DNA from: Chloropicon primus
Lineage: Eukaryota
Direction: 5' to 3'
DNA: 64,000 nt
NCBI GenBank assembly: GCA_023205875.1
Contig: CP060755.1
Span: 124,001-188,000 of the forward strand
Positions 40,087 to 51,643 of this stretch are shown one piece after another (within the stretch, counting starts at the first letter, position 1; the number at the start of each line of letters is the position of its first letter). A program made the translations under genes and the position numbers. The notes under the pieces were generated by a model that worked only from the letters and a program-made list of their open reading frames with translations, was not told the DNA's origin and did no database searches.

Positions 40087-41083
40087 ATGAGGGAAGGCGG
40101 GGTGGCCTCGTCACTGACAAACGAAGAGGTGAGCGAGGGCGGGGTCGCGTCGGTACTTCCGTCACATCGTTGACCCGCACCCCTTATCTAACCTTTCGCT
40201 AACTCGAAACGCAGCTTCAATATTGCGCAGAGAATGAGACGATCACGATCATCCCTAACTTCTCGACGGCGAGCCTCCACCTGGTGAACGTAAGTGATGA
40301 CTCCTCCATCCTTCTCAGCTGTGGCTCAGGGGATGCCGGTCCTTGGGCGGCCTCCCTGCGCGTGGGTCGCGCGCTTTCGCTCAACTGAAACACCTGCGTT
40401 TGCCTTTGTTTCGTTTGCTTGTGTGGTCGCACAGGGCGAGTATGGACCCTTTCGAGCTCAAAACGAGGCCACGGTGCCGTTCTGGTTAGCGTCGCTGCTG
40501 AGGAAGAGGAACCTCTGCAGAGTGAAGCCGCCGGAGTGGATGAAGTCGGAGGCCCTGATCGCGGTCCTGGCGGAGGAGAAGAGGTCCCCGAACGAGTGGC
40601 AGGAGCTCCCCCACCACTACATCGAGGTAGCCAAACTGATGTTCACCGCAGCGGAGGAGGACTTTGCGGAGTTCGACATGGATGTCCATGAGGTATGAAA
40701 TGCCTCCTCGATGCGGAAACGTGCCCCTCCAGTGTCTGACGACGCCTCTGCCTTTCTTCCTTTGCCTTTCGCACGAACGAACGACTTCTTCGTTGTTGTC
40801 TCCGACCTTCAATCAGATCCGAAGGTTGATCGACGACATCCGGCTCGTCAGGTTTGACAAGATTGAGAAGCAGTTCAAGCAGGTCACGAGCGCGATGACG
40901 ATTAGGCTGACCAACTTCTGCGCCATGGAGCTCAACTTGATGAGGAACTTCTTGCTGAGCTCGCTGGACGAGTACTACAAGTTCAGCACCGCGGAGGAGA
41001 GCGGCGATGTACAACAGCAGCGGCAGACACAAGAGATGGACGAGGACGAGTCTCAGGATTTCCAAGTCAGGCAACTTCGGTGA
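40087..41083 (+). CDS. PSF2: GINS complex subunit PSF2 (exons 40087-40128, 40215-40290, 40435-40692, 40817-41083)
   Basis: LQYCAENETITIIPNFS, GEYGPF, VPFWLASLLRKRNLCRVKPPEWM, LPHHYIEVAKL, IRRLIDDIRLVRFDKI, LTNFCAMELNLMR. Confidence 0.93.
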
Positions 41084-41111
41084 CCAAATCAATATACATT
41101 AAAAACATTCT

Positions 41112-42574
41112 TCACGCCACGTGGACGGAAAAGGCATCGGCGCAAGCCCTGATGACCTCCGGCAGCTTCGACACCTCGTACTCGATGATAGGATTGCAAT
41201 CCGCGATTATTTGCTCGGTCGAGGTGGACACCAAGGGCACAACCTTGGCAAGAGGCAATGCCCTCGCGCCCTCGCTTTCCCGCGTCCTTTTCGCCCCGCT
41301 CCTCTGCTCCGTTTGCATGATGAAAAGGTCCTTGCAGCGGTTCATCAGCATGTCACTGACGGACCGCGCCGAAACGCTTACAGCAAACTCAAAGTCCTGC
41401 CCCTCAAGGACTCTCCTCAAATTCGAGTGGTATTGGTCCCGAAGCTCCGCTTCGCTTTTCGAGCACGTCGTGTCAGAATCTTCCCCGTCCTTCTTCGCGC
41501 TGAGCAGCGTGCGAGCCCAGCCTTTCCCGCTAATCCGAAACTCGGTGGTGGAGCTAATGCACGCCAGAGTGCTCAGCACGTCCCCGAAGGACATCATCCG
41601 TTTGAGATCGACGGAGTCCAGCGCCTTGGCCGCGGACTCTGTTGAGATGGAGCAGATGTCCCTAAGAGTCTTCTTCATGAAGCGGTCTATGACCTTCTCC
41701 AACTCCTTCTCGAGCAAGGTCCTCACGTCATTGTACTGGAGCTCCGAGTTCGGAGGCGCGTGAAGCTTGAAGAGCGTGGATATCCTCGCAATAATCATCA
41801 GCTGGACGGACAGGAAGCTGTTCAGGACCGAGATGCCCCAAACCACCGCGACGCACTGCGCGAACGTTTCCACCTTCAGCTCTTTCCAAAGCTCCAGCTT
41901 CTCGCCTCCCTTCGCGGCGGCCGCCTTCAGCTCCTTCAGCTTGGCCGTGATGCCCACCACTTTGTTGAGTTCCGGGCTCAGGAGGTCCCCCGTCAGAGCA
42001 GGCGACCAGGTGCTGAACCCCTGCTTCGCTGCCACCTGTCGCAGCTTCTGGAAGACCTCCTCTATCTCGGCGTCGCTCGTCAGGGTCTCCGGCTCGTTCG
42101 AGGCCCGCTTCGCATCGCTCCCCTTACCCTGCGCGTCCCAGCCGCCGAGTTTCGACACGTTCTTGTTGTAAACCCTGACGAGCGAGCCAAAACGCGTCAG
42201 TGCCATGTTGGGTGCAGGAGACTCCTCGCTCGAAGACGGGAACGGGAGAAAGAAACCTTCCGCTTACCTGTAGAGTGCGTAACCCGCGGCAGCCGTTGCC
42301 GCGATTGCCGCAGAGCCTATGGCGATCTTCCGCCTATTCCTGCACGAGTCACGGGGAAGAAAACAAAGCGAGTCAGCCTTTCAAGACCTACAACACAAAA
42401 CCAAGAGGTGGCCCTACTATGGCGTTCGCATGGGGAACAATACCTCCCCCCTTCACCAAGCGAGGGGGAGAGACAGACAGAGGCGAGTGTATAGAAAGGC
42501 AAGGGACGCGCGAACGTGCGCGCCTTCGCCACGAAGGTTCGTGGAGAGCAACCTTACCTCCTCAGCACCTCCAT
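41112..42574 (-). CDS. PEX3: Peroxin 3 (exons 42574-42558, 42339-42268, 42174-41112)
   Basis: MEVLRRNRRKIAIG...AGYALYR (basic stretch plus TM), EKLELWKELKVETF, VQLMIIAR, LPLAKVVP. Confidence 0.8.
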
Positions 42575-42817
42575 CGTATGCCCAGCAGATTACCGCAGCA
42601 GAGATTTCTAGTGACCGTCAAAAAGGGGGGAAGGGAATGAAGGATAAGCTTGTGCAGACTTTGGACGACAAGACAAGACTGCGCCGACCTTGGGCGACTC
42701 GAAGGGTTTGTGCGCTTCGTGAGGGGGGCCAGAGGTTGTCTCCGGAGCACCTCTGTCGACCCCGTGGGCAATTGTTCGAGGAAGAGAGAGGGAGGCGTTC
42801 CCGCACTGGGCGGTGGG

Positions 42818-43698
42818 ATGCTGGGGAACTTGAGGGGGCGGGGGGCGTTGAACTCGGCGTTGCCGGGTGTGTGTGTGGCGAGAGGGTTTGAGGTCCGTCT
42901 GTGGAGGCGGCGGAGGACCGGGTCGAAGGCTCTTGAAGATGGGGAGGCTGAGACTGCGACGGCGACGAGGCGGGGGGAATCGTCGGCGTCCAGCTCCGGG
43001 CGAGGGAGCGACTTCTCGTACAATCCGGCGAAGGGGCAAGGTACGTCTTCAAACACCTACGCGCGCGCGCACGAGAGAGAGAGAGAGAGAGAGAGAGAAA
43101 GAAAGTTCGAAGAGTCCGCGCCGCGCCTCTCCAAAAAGGAATCGCGGGCTGAAACCATCCTGACCCCCTTCGGCCCTTCGCAGAGCTCTCGAAAGTGGGG
43201 GGCGGAACGCTCCTGGTGCTCGTGGCCATCTATGGCTTTTCCAGACTCCTAGCGAGGCGTGCGACCTACTTCAGCAAGGTGAAGATCGCGTCGCGCAGCG
43301 AAGAAGAGGAGCTCCTCGAGAGGAGCAGGGAGAAGCTCCTCGACGCGAAGAAGGAGGGGGGGGCTGGCGAAGTCGCTCGTCCGCCCCGGACCGCGGAGAA
43401 GAAAGGCCCCAAAGATGTTTTCACGAACGCCGCGACTGTGGGAGCCATCTCCCTCGCCCTCTTCGTCTTCAGCTCCAAGCTCGAGGGCTACATATCCTCG
43501 ATAGAGTTGCCGGACCAGTATACTGTCCGCCAAGTGAGCATCACTTTGAAGACGATTGTCGTTGGCCTGTCCTACTTGGCTTGCTTCATATACGGAGCAA
43601 ACACGCTGGGGCTCGTTCTGCTGGGCATCGACATGGTCAGGAACCCAGAGAAGCACGAGCTTGGGGAGGGCGACGCCATTCTCCCTGACGAAGAATAA
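42818..43698 (+). CDS. DUF3082-family plastid membrane protein (exons 42818-43040, 43184-43698)
   Basis: Transit-like N-terminus; C-terminal LPDQYTVRQVSITLKTIVVGLSYLACFIYGANTLGLVLLG. Confidence 0.75.
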
Positions 43699-43753
43699 GC
43701 GCGCGGGGGAGCAAGCGAATCCCTTGGTTGTAAATTACATTGGGGACTTGACT

Positions 43754-44970
43754 TTAGCGACCGAGGACTGACTTGGTGAGCCTATTCAGTTCGAAATCCA
43801 GGTGCGCCATCTCCTGCTCGATTTCTTCGAGCTCCCCGCTGCTCTCCTCGCTCTCGTCCCCACCGTCCTCCTCCTCCTCCTCCACCACCGCCGATTCAGG
43901 AGCGGGGAAGCTCGTCCTGAGCGATGCCATGACTGCGAGCGCTTCCCGGATGTCCTCCTTCTGCGTGGACACCAGCTGCTTCAAGGCATTTATTTCTTTC
44001 TTTTGCTTGGCACCGAACGCGCTCAGGCTCTCATTGTCCTCGCGGAGCCTCGCGTTTTGTTCTCGGAAGCTCAGCATCTGCTGCTCAGTGTCGGCCAGCT
44101 GGGCTTTGAGGACCGCCATCCGTTTTTCGCTGGAGTCCTTGGTCGCAGCCAAATCCTTCACCCGGCTCTCGAGGTCTTGCATCCTTTTCAAGGCAGAAGC
44201 CTCGCGAGCTTGCATCGACGATAGCTCCTCGGCCTGTGACTTCCCCTTGAGCTCCTGCGAACGAAAGCATCGAGTGTCAGAGGCAAAACAAGTGTGAGAC
44301 GCAGGCAGAGCGTCCGACTTACCAGGGTCTGAAGAGTTTCTTCCATCTCTCGCTTCATTGTAGCCTTCTCGCCCAAGCACGAATTCAGCTTGGCAAGCAA
44401 GTTCCGCGCTTCTGACTGAGAATCTTCCAGAGCGCTTTGGTATTCGCTGAGGACTTTGTCTGTTGTACCCGAAGGGCTCTCGAGCACGGTCTGCCCCTCT
44501 TGCCTCGGGCTGCTCTCTTCCACCTCAACCCGGGGCACGGCAGCTGCAGGTGCCGCACGACCGTCTATGTCAATCTTGCTCTTCAGGTCGGCCAGATCCT
44601 GCCTAATCTCAGGAATCAGATCCTTGAGATCAACCAGGGCTTCGGCCCCCTCCGCACCGGTGATCATCTTCAGCATCCTTCCCTCCACTGCCTGGAGGGA
44701 CTCATCGACTTTTCTCAGGCAGTCCACGCTTTCCGTGGATCTCTTGCGCAGGCCGCTCTCAAGGACATCGATACCGTCCCTCAAGTTGCCCAAGTCCCTC
44801 TCGTGCCTCTTCGTTTTCTCCTTGAACTTGAGCTGGAGATCCTCCAGGTCCTCAATCAGCTTCTGGTTCTTGGCGTTCACAGACTGCACGTTCGCGTCCA
44901 CTTGCGTTGCGTGAAACCCCTTCTGCTTCTTCCGAGACTTCTTTCCCGCCTTGGTCGTGTAAATCCTCAT
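43754..44970 (-). CDS. Hypothetical coiled-coil protein (exons 44970-44323, 44254-43754)
   Basis: Heptad-rich E/K/L sequence; a GTAAGT...CAG intron joins two ORFs in frame. Confidence 0.7.
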
Positions 44971-45156
44971 CCTGGCAAGCCCCCCCCACTTGACCCAGAC
45001 CCCTCACACCCCACCACCTCCACCTGTCACGCCTCCTCCTCCCCCTACCAACCTCTGTCTCTGGTGGACAGTAATCCATCGTATTGTCTTAATCATCGAT
45101 CATCCCCACCCCAAGGGAGGCAGAGGGAGAGAGAAGAGAGGGAGAGAGGCCGTGCC

Positions 45157-46017
45157 ATGTCGCTTCAGGTAAAGTTGAGTCGGGAGAGTTTGGTGTACTA
45201 CTCAGGGGAGACCATTCAGGGCCAAGTGACTGTACTCAATCAAGCGAATACGGCGCATGCGGGGCTCAAGGTTACGGTGAAAGGGGTGCTGCACCTCATG
45301 CCAGGGAAGAAGGAGCTCGGAAAGGTGGAGCAAACGTTTACGCTGCTGAGGAAGAGCAAGCAACTTCTCGAGGCCGGGAAAATTGTTGGGAACACGGAGA
45401 TCGATTTCTCCCTCCAGCTGATTCCGGAGAGTGGATCCGAGCTTTACGAGACGTACCACGGCCAGAACGTTGCAGTGGAATACATGGTAGTAGCAGAGCT
45501 CCAGAGGACAGGTTTGAAGAAACCTCTCTGGACAACAGTTGACTTCATTCTGGAGCGGCCGGCGATAATGGAGGGAAAGTCCAATGCCGTCAAAACCTTT
45601 GAAATTGGAGACATCGGAGGGGACTTGAGCTCTAAAATCGTGGGGCACGTCCAGACCACGTCCGTGGACATAAGGACACCGATCGAGGGAGAGTTGGAGG
45701 TGGTCTCCGCCCCGCCTCTCGAAGGCATCGAATTGCAGGTTGTGCGGAAGGAGAAGATCAAGATACCTGAGCTGGTGTCGGAGACGACGTCAGAGGCCCA
45801 GTGCTGCGAGTTGGTCGTGGGAGACGTCCAAAGGAACCTTAGCGTGCCCATTTACTGCATGTTGCAGAAGTTCGTGGTCTGTCCCTCCCTGGAGACGAGC
45901 AAGTTCGACCTGTCCTTCCTGCTTCGGCTAAAGATCGTCTACAAGGACGGGACCGCTGGAACAAGGGAGCACTACCATGACATACCCATAGAGCTTCAAA
46001 GGCTGGAACGTGCGTAG
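45157..46017 (+). CDS. VPS26C: Retriever subunit VPS26C / DSCR3
   Basis: ELYETYHG, IELQVVRKE, ELVVGDVQRNLSVPIYCML...CPSLET; arrestin-like beta pattern. Confidence 0.85.
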   Translation: MSLQVKLSRESLVYYSGETIQGQVTVLNQANTAHAGLKVTVKGVLHLMPGKKELGKVEQTFTLLRKSKQLLEAGKIVGNTEIDFSLQLIPESGSELYETYHGQNVAVEYMVVAELQRTGLKKPLWTTVDFILERPAIMEGKSNAVKTFEIGDIGGDLSSKIVGHVQTTSVDIRTPIEGELEVVSAPPLEGIELQVVRKEKIKIPELVSETTSEAQCCELVVGDVQRNLSVPIYCMLQKFVVCPSLETSKFDLSFLLRLKIVYKDGTAGTREHYHDIPIELQRLERA

Positions 46018-46072
46018 TGATGGCATGGCCGAAAAGAAAAGTGTAATTGTAAACCAACCATGATTAACAGTA

Positions 46073-48346
46073 TTATTTGATGGTTCTCTGCCTCTGCTGC
46101 CTCATCCTGTACACATCGTACTTTGGAGGCATGTTCGTCGCATCGCTTTTCCTGCCACGGTTTGACCTCCTGTCATCCATCGCCGCCGCACCTCTCTTGC
46201 GTCCGCCGGAGCCTTGGGCTGCCTGGGCTGCCTTCAGAGCCTTGAAGTCCAAACTCGACACGACTTGTATCACGCTATCTACTTCCTCGTGAGTTGGCAA
46301 GGGTCCGCTCATACGGTGCCGAGGTGGCAGCTTGCTGATCAGCTCTGAAATAACGTTAGGAAGACCATCAGCGCCTGTCTTCCCGTTGCTATCTTGCGGT
46401 GGAGCAGATTGCGTGGGTTTCGCCTCCTCCCTCGAGACTTTGGGGAGGTCGTAAAAGGCTTCTTGCACATTAAGCGCCTGCAGGTGGCGCAATGTGGCCT
46501 CGGAGCACGGCAGCATATTGCTCACGTTGTACCTCAGCAACAACAGCCCGATGTTGAACTGAGGATGTTTTTGCAGCTCTTCTGCGGCAGCATCATCCAT
46601 CATCTCAACGAGCGCCTCCTTCCTCCTCTTCTCGAGGGCCAGAGTGGACTGCAGATCTCCGCACTGGTACTCGAACTTCAGGAACTCGCTCCATATGATC
46701 CTGGCGTCATCGCCCTGCACGACCGTCAATGCCCTCTCATAAAGAATTCTGGCGTTTGATATATCACCCTGTGATATCAGAAACCTCGCGTACTCCAAGA
46801 CGTATTCGGTCTCCTTGAGGAAGGACTTGAGTCCCAATTCAAATATGTTCTTTGCCACTTTCACGTCTTTTCCGTTCTGCCACTCCAGCAATGCAGAGGT
46901 GCTATAGATGTGGTGCGAGCACCCCTCGCTCTTCCTCGCTCTCAGGAACAACTTTCTTGAGGCCGAAGCCCCCTCCGTTCGCCTGAGAAACCGCATGTAC
47001 TGGATCCAGATCTGCCCTTGGGTGTTCGGCTCGAGCTTGTCGATGCGGGAGAGGAGGCCCTCGTAGATTGCCTTGGCCTCCTCTATTTTGTCCTGGGCGG
47101 CCTCAAAGTCTGCGGCAGCAAAATGGAGCATCGTGCACGCCGGAAGTGCTGAGCAAGCTTTCGTGAAGACCTCCGACGCTCTGGCGTGGTCCCCGTTGCC
47201 GGCGTGCCAGGTGGTGTACTCGTACCAGATCTCAGGAAAGTGGTGAAGGCAAAGCAAGCATTGGTTGTAGACAAGCTCGATCCTCACCCCGAGCGGCTCC
47301 TTCTCGAGCTTGAGGGGATTGCTCTTCTCAAAAGCTATTAGCTTTGTCCACAGCTTCTGTTGCTTGTACTGGCTTGCCTTGGTGCCGGGAGGAGTAGCCA
47401 GCAAGTTCACCGAGATTCCCTCCCACTTCTTCTTCAGCTCCCTGTAGATCGTTCTAGACGTGGCGTACTGCCCTTGCAAGTCGTTCAAAATCTGCTTTGC
47501 GAGCTGCCTGTTCACCCCGTTCTCGAACTTCTCGTACTCCCTCCACAGCGACTCCAGGCTGTGGGTCGGAATCGTCACCGCTCTCTGGAAAGCACGCCTT
47601 ATGGCAACCAGCTTGGAGGACTCCTCGTTGCCCGGCGCCGTTTCGCCGAACATGACCCCGGCGTTGGAGTGCTGCAAGAACATCACGTATTCCATCCAAA
47701 GAGGGCCCGATGAGATATCCGTTCCCAAGTGATCGAGGGTGAACTCGTAAGCCTGCTTGATGGCACTCAGACCGTCTGGGGTGTCTGACCTGTTCGTAGT
47801 CTTCACGTGCTTGATGTAGACCCTCCACAGATCGAGGCTCTTGACGCTCAAGAGGCATTGGCCGAAGGCCCCGTTCACGCCCTGCTGATCTCCTCGGGAC
47901 ATCTCTACCTCCAGGATCCCCATCCAGCCCGCGCTCGAGGTCGGAAAGACGCCCAGAAACTCGCTGTAAAGCTCCTTCAGGGTCTCCAAAGGCGCTCGGA
48001 TACGAGTTGAGCTCTGCTGCCTCCCCGACCCAGCGGCAGGATTCAGCTCAGATATCAGGGCCTCCCACGCATCGACGTCGTACTTGTCGGCCTTCACTCG
48101 CTCCCTCAGGTTCTCCGCACGCGCGTTCAATTGGGAGGCACGGACCACGTTGCCCCTTCTCCTCGGCTGCTTGTACGATGCCTGGCCCTGCTCCTGGGCA
48201 GGACTTTGCTCCGCTTTGGGTCCCGAAGAAGAAGAAGCACCACCAGCTGGTGGCGCTCCCTCCACCTTCACCGGGACCTCCACCTTCTCACGATCCCCAC
48301 CTCCACCTCCACCTCCACCAGCACCGTCCCCTCTCCCTCCACCCAT
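46073..48346 (-). CDS. CSTF77: Cleavage stimulation factor 77 (HAT repeats, Suf/Rna14)
   Basis: DLWRVYI, AYEFTLDHLGTDISSGPLW, RRAFQRAV, LWREYEKFEN, FEKSNPL, WIQYMRFLRRTEG, AKNIFELGLK, terminal DVYRMRQ. Confidence 0.93.
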   Translation of the reverse strand: MGGGRGDGAGGGGGGGGDREKVEVPVKVEGAPPAGGASSSSGPKAEQSPAQEQGQASYKQPRRRGNVVRASQLNARAENLRERVKADKYDVDAWEALISELNPAAGSGRQQSSTRIRAPLETLKELYSEFLGVFPTSSAGWMGILEVEMSRGDQQGVNGAFGQCLLSVKSLDLWRVYIKHVKTTNRSDTPDGLSAIKQAYEFTLDHLGTDISSGPLWMEYVMFLQHSNAGVMFGETAPGNEESSKLVAIRRAFQRAVTIPTHSLESLWREYEKFENGVNRQLAKQILNDLQGQYATSRTIYRELKKKWEGISVNLLATPPGTKASQYKQQKLWTKLIAFEKSNPLKLEKEPLGVRIELVYNQCLLCLHHFPEIWYEYTTWHAGNGDHARASEVFTKACSALPACTMLHFAAADFEAAQDKIEEAKAIYEGLLSRIDKLEPNTQGQIWIQYMRFLRRTEGASASRKLFLRARKSEGCSHHIYSTSALLEWQNGKDVKVAKNIFELGLKSFLKETEYVLEYARFLISQGDISNARILYERALTVVQGDDARIIWSEFLKFEYQCGDLQSTLALEKRRKEALVEMMDDAAAEELQKHPQFNIGLLLLRYNVSNMLPCSEATLRHLQALNVQEAFYDLPKVSREEAKPTQSAPPQDSNGKTGADGLPNVISELISKLPPRHRMSGPLPTHEEVDSVIQVVSSLDFKALKAAQAAQGSGGRKRGAAAMDDRRSNRGRKSDATNMPPKYDVYRMRQQRQRTIK

Positions 48347-48530
48347 CCCTGCGCAAACCAACAACTCCTCTCCCTCTCCTCTCCTCTCCTCTTCTCGATC
48401 GATCGATCTTGATATTGATCGCCGCTACTCTCTTCTCTTCTCTTCTCTTCTTCTCTCTTCCTCTTCTCTTCTTCTCTCTCTCTGACTTTTGGCGCTCAAG
48501 GGGCGGAGAGGAGGGAGAAGGAGGGAGACG

Positions 48531-50417
48531 ATGGGGTTGAGGGAGGTAGCGAGGGAGCGCCTGGTGGCGGAGATGGTGGAAAGCAGCGTGAAGGACCTGC
48601 CGGACAATGAGTGGACCCTGCTTGTTGTGGACGAGACGACGACCAAGGTGTTGTCGTCCGTGTGTTCGGTGTCCCATTTGGTGGAGAAGAGAGTGTCACT
48701 CGTCGAGAATATCCAGAAGAAGAGGCAGCCCCTTCCGAACATGACGGTGATTTACTTCATATCGCCGACTCAGGGGTCGGTCTCGCGCCTTCTGGCGGAC
48801 TTCCAAGCGAAGAACCCCCTCTACAAGAGGGCGTGCGTCTTCTTCTCGTCCCAGCTCCCGAAGCAGGAGCTGGAACGAATCAAGCAAAGCCCCACCCTCC
48901 TTTCGCGGCTGGGAGCCCTTAAAGAGCTGAACTTGGAGTTCCTCGCGATCGACTCGAGGGGCTTCACGACGGCGGGGGCCAGGGAGGAAACCCTGAAGGA
49001 CGTGTTCGGCGAGGACGCCAACTCATCTGGGTCGTACGAGAGGGAGATGGACTTGATTGTGAGGAGGCTGGCTTCCGTCTTTGCTTCCCTGAAAGAGATG
49101 CCTGCCATCAGGTTCAGAATGGGCAAGCCGCCTCAGGAGGGGGACCCCGTGGGGGCGAGTGAGCGCCAGCTCATCTCGCAGAGAATCGCGGTGGCCCTCC
49201 ACGCGGAGCTGACCGACATGAGGCAGAAGATGGCAGCCGACGACTCCTTTCCGAACACGGAGACTTGTGACTTGGTTATCGTGGACAGGGGGATGGACCC
49301 GGTCGCCCCTTTCATGCACGAGTGGACTTACGAGTGCATGTGCTTCGACTTGCTCGATGACGTGATCGAGAACAACATTTTCAAGTACACCATAGACACA
49401 AACAAGGGGAGCGAGGAGGAGAGGGAAGTCGTCCTGGGAGAGCAAGATCCGATCTGGGTGGAGCTGAGGCACAAACACATCGCAGAGGCCTCTCTATTGC
49501 TCAATGACAAGATGAATTATTTCAAGAGCGCCAACAAGCTGGCCAAGCACAAGGCGAACCAAGGAAACCAGGACGACATTGACACGGGCGACTTGAAGCA
49601 GATGGTGGAGTCCCTCCCGCAGTACAGGGAGCAGCTGAAAAGGCTGTCGTTGCACGTCCACATCGCCACGAAGCTGAACACCCTGGCGAAACAGATGGGC
49701 CTGCACGAGATCGGTAAGTTGGAGCAGGACTTGGTTTACGGGAACGCGACCAGCAAGGAGGTGATCAAGCTGCTCGGGGCGAGAAGTCACATGAAGGAGG
49801 AGGACAAAGTCAGGCTGCTGATGACGTACGTCGCCACCCACCCGGAGAAGCTGGACAACAGCAGGCGCATGCAGTGGATGAAGCTGGCCAAGCTGACGGC
49901 CGAGGACATGAACATGATCAACAACTTGGAATACCTTGGCGTCGCGGTCTCAAAACGCGGGGCGAAGAGCGCCTTGAGCTTCGCCTCGAAGAGGAAGAAG
50001 AGGTCCATCAGGAAGGAGCACGGCGCTTTCGAGGGGGAGGAGCAGTGGCAGCTCTCGAGGTTCCAGCCCATCGTGTACGACATCTTCCAAGACATGCTGA
50101 AGGGGGAGCTCTCCCAGGACGAGTACCCTTACGTCATTCAACCGAGCAGCGGCGTGGTGGGCAAAAAGACGCAGATGATCGACGTCGAGCTCTCGGTCAG
50201 GAAGAAGAAGAGCACGAGGCGGGAAACCACGAGGGGAGTGGAGGGGCGCCCGGTGGTCCTCTTCATCATCGGCGGAATGACCCGATCCGAGCTCAGGGTC
50301 GCGCACCAGCTCTCGTCTCAGTTCAGCAGCAACCTTCTCATCGGGGCGACCTCTATCGACAGCCCCGTCCGGTTCCTCAGGAATGTGAACTCCATGAGCC
50401 TTCTCGACGAAATATGA
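48531..50417 (+). CDS. SEC1: Sec1/Munc18 SNARE-interacting protein (KEULE/SEC1-like)
   Basis: WTLLVVD, VENIQKKRQPLP, IVDRGMDPVAPFMHEWTY, DPIWVELRHKHIA, LEQDL, LSRFQP, FIIGGMTRSELR. Confidence 0.95.
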   Translation: MGLREVARERLVAEMVESSVKDLPDNEWTLLVVDETTTKVLSSVCSVSHLVEKRVSLVENIQKKRQPLPNMTVIYFISPTQGSVSRLLADFQAKNPLYKRACVFFSSQLPKQELERIKQSPTLLSRLGALKELNLEFLAIDSRGFTTAGAREETLKDVFGEDANSSGSYEREMDLIVRRLASVFASLKEMPAIRFRMGKPPQEGDPVGASERQLISQRIAVALHAELTDMRQKMAADDSFPNTETCDLVIVDRGMDPVAPFMHEWTYECMCFDLLDDVIENNIFKYTIDTNKGSEEEREVVLGEQDPIWVELRHKHIAEASLLLNDKMNYFKSANKLAKHKANQGNQDDIDTGDLKQMVESLPQYREQLKRLSLHVHIATKLNTLAKQMGLHEIGKLEQDLVYGNATSKEVIKLLGARSHMKEEDKVRLLMTYVATHPEKLDNSRRMQWMKLAKLTAEDMNMINNLEYLGVAVSKRGAKSALSFASKRKKRSIRKEHGAFEGEEQWQLSRFQPIVYDIFQDMLKGELSQDEYPYVIQPSSGVVGKKTQMIDVELSVRKKKSTRRETTRGVEGRPVVLFIIGGMTRSELRVAHQLSSQFSSNLLIGATSIDSPVRFLRNVNSMSLLDEI

Positions 50418-50589
50418 CACGATTTAATCCATTTACCATTTGCACGCTTTTTCTTTTGTCCCAGGACAAACTTCCCCGCCCCCGACCACCATCTCTCCAC
50501 ATCCTCCTCTTGTCCTCGGCCCACAGCCAAGCTTTATCCATATGAGAATCTCTGGCTCGCCACGGGGACGAGGAGCAGCAGCAGCGACG

Positions 50590-51510
50590 ATGAAGTCCGT
50601 TCCCAGGGGCCTGGCGGCGAGGAGCGCGCACAAGTGGGCGGAGGCGACGGCTTCGGCAGTCCCCCAGAGACTGCGTCCCGCGCGGACACTCTCTCGCGGT
50701 GGAGGTTTGGTTTCCTCTCTCTCTCTCCACCACAACAACCTGAGGCTCAGGTTGCTGTCCGGGAAGGCGGGGAATCGTTTCGAGGCGCCCCGCGCCGGCG
50801 CGGGGGACGAGGCGCGGTCGACCGAGCAGGTCCTTCCGATCTTCCCCCTGTCCATCGTCGCCCTGCCCTTCAGCAACGTGCCGCTTCACATATTCGAGGC
50901 TCGGTATCGGGTGCTCTTCAGCACCTTGCTGTACGGAGAGGAAGGGATCGAGGAGGGCCTGGCGAACAGCGAGAGCGAGTTCGCGGGCAGCAAGACCTTT
51001 GGAATGTGCTACGTGGACAAGGAGGGGAACATATCGAGCGTGGGGGGAGTGCTGGAGATCGGGGAGCACAAACTGCTCGACGACGGTCGTCTTTACATCT
51101 CTACGTCTTGCAGCAAGCGCTTCACGGTCACGACCGTTGTTCAGGAACAGCCAGTGCTTATATGCAATGTGGAGTACCTGGAGGATGACCTCCAAGTGGA
51201 CGAAGATCCTGAGCTGCAGAAGCTTGCAGGGGAAGTCGTGGACGTCTTCGAGAAAGCGCTTGCCCTCGGAATGTCGCTGGAAGGCAGCGAGTTGAAGGAG
51301 CCACCAAAGCCCGAGCAGCTGACCCTGCCTCCCACGGAGCTGTCGTACTGGCTGGCCTCCCTCTTCCCCCAGGACCCCCAGGAGCAGCAGCTGATGCTTC
51401 AGATCGACACGACGAAGGAGAGGTTGATGCGACTGAAGGAGATCTTCGACGCCACGTACAACTATCACTTGGCAAGGAACTCGATAAAGAGCGCGCTCAG
51501 CGACGAGTGA
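50590..51510 (+). CDS. Lon N-terminal (substrate-binding) domain protein, plastid-targeted
   Basis: LPIFPL, PLHIFEARYRVLF, LDDGR, QQLMLQIDTTKERL; start could be 50542. Confidence 0.88.
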   Translation: MKSVPRGLAARSAHKWAEATASAVPQRLRPARTLSRGGGLVSSLSLHHNNLRLRLLSGKAGNRFEAPRAGAGDEARSTEQVLPIFPLSIVALPFSNVPLHIFEARYRVLFSTLLYGEEGIEEGLANSESEFAGSKTFGMCYVDKEGNISSVGGVLEIGEHKLLDDGRLYISTSCSKRFTVTTVVQEQPVLICNVEYLEDDLQVDEDPELQKLAGEVVDVFEKALALGMSLEGSELKEPPKPEQLTLPPTELSYWLASLFPQDPQEQQLMLQIDTTKERLMRLKEIFDATYNYHLARNSIKSALSDE

Positions 51511-51643
51511 TCGCGAGAGAGAGCTGGATGTTGTGTAATCTCAAGGGAATCTAGTCTAGCCCCGTCCCCTTGCCTTTGGTATGCCCGCAACGAGAGAAAA
51601 GACTTGAGAAACCAAGGTATACAGATATATGCACAACGACGCT

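Noticed and set aside
39774..40173. ORF-track ORFs 39774-40067 (-), 39782-39994 (+) and 39880-40173 (+)
   Set aside because: No recognisable protein features; the informative frame is the unlisted minus frame encoding the TnpB fragment.
25180..48346. CstF64 and CstF77 in the same window as a functional cluster
   Set aside because: About 20 kb and many unrelated genes apart; plausible by chance in a gene-dense genome.
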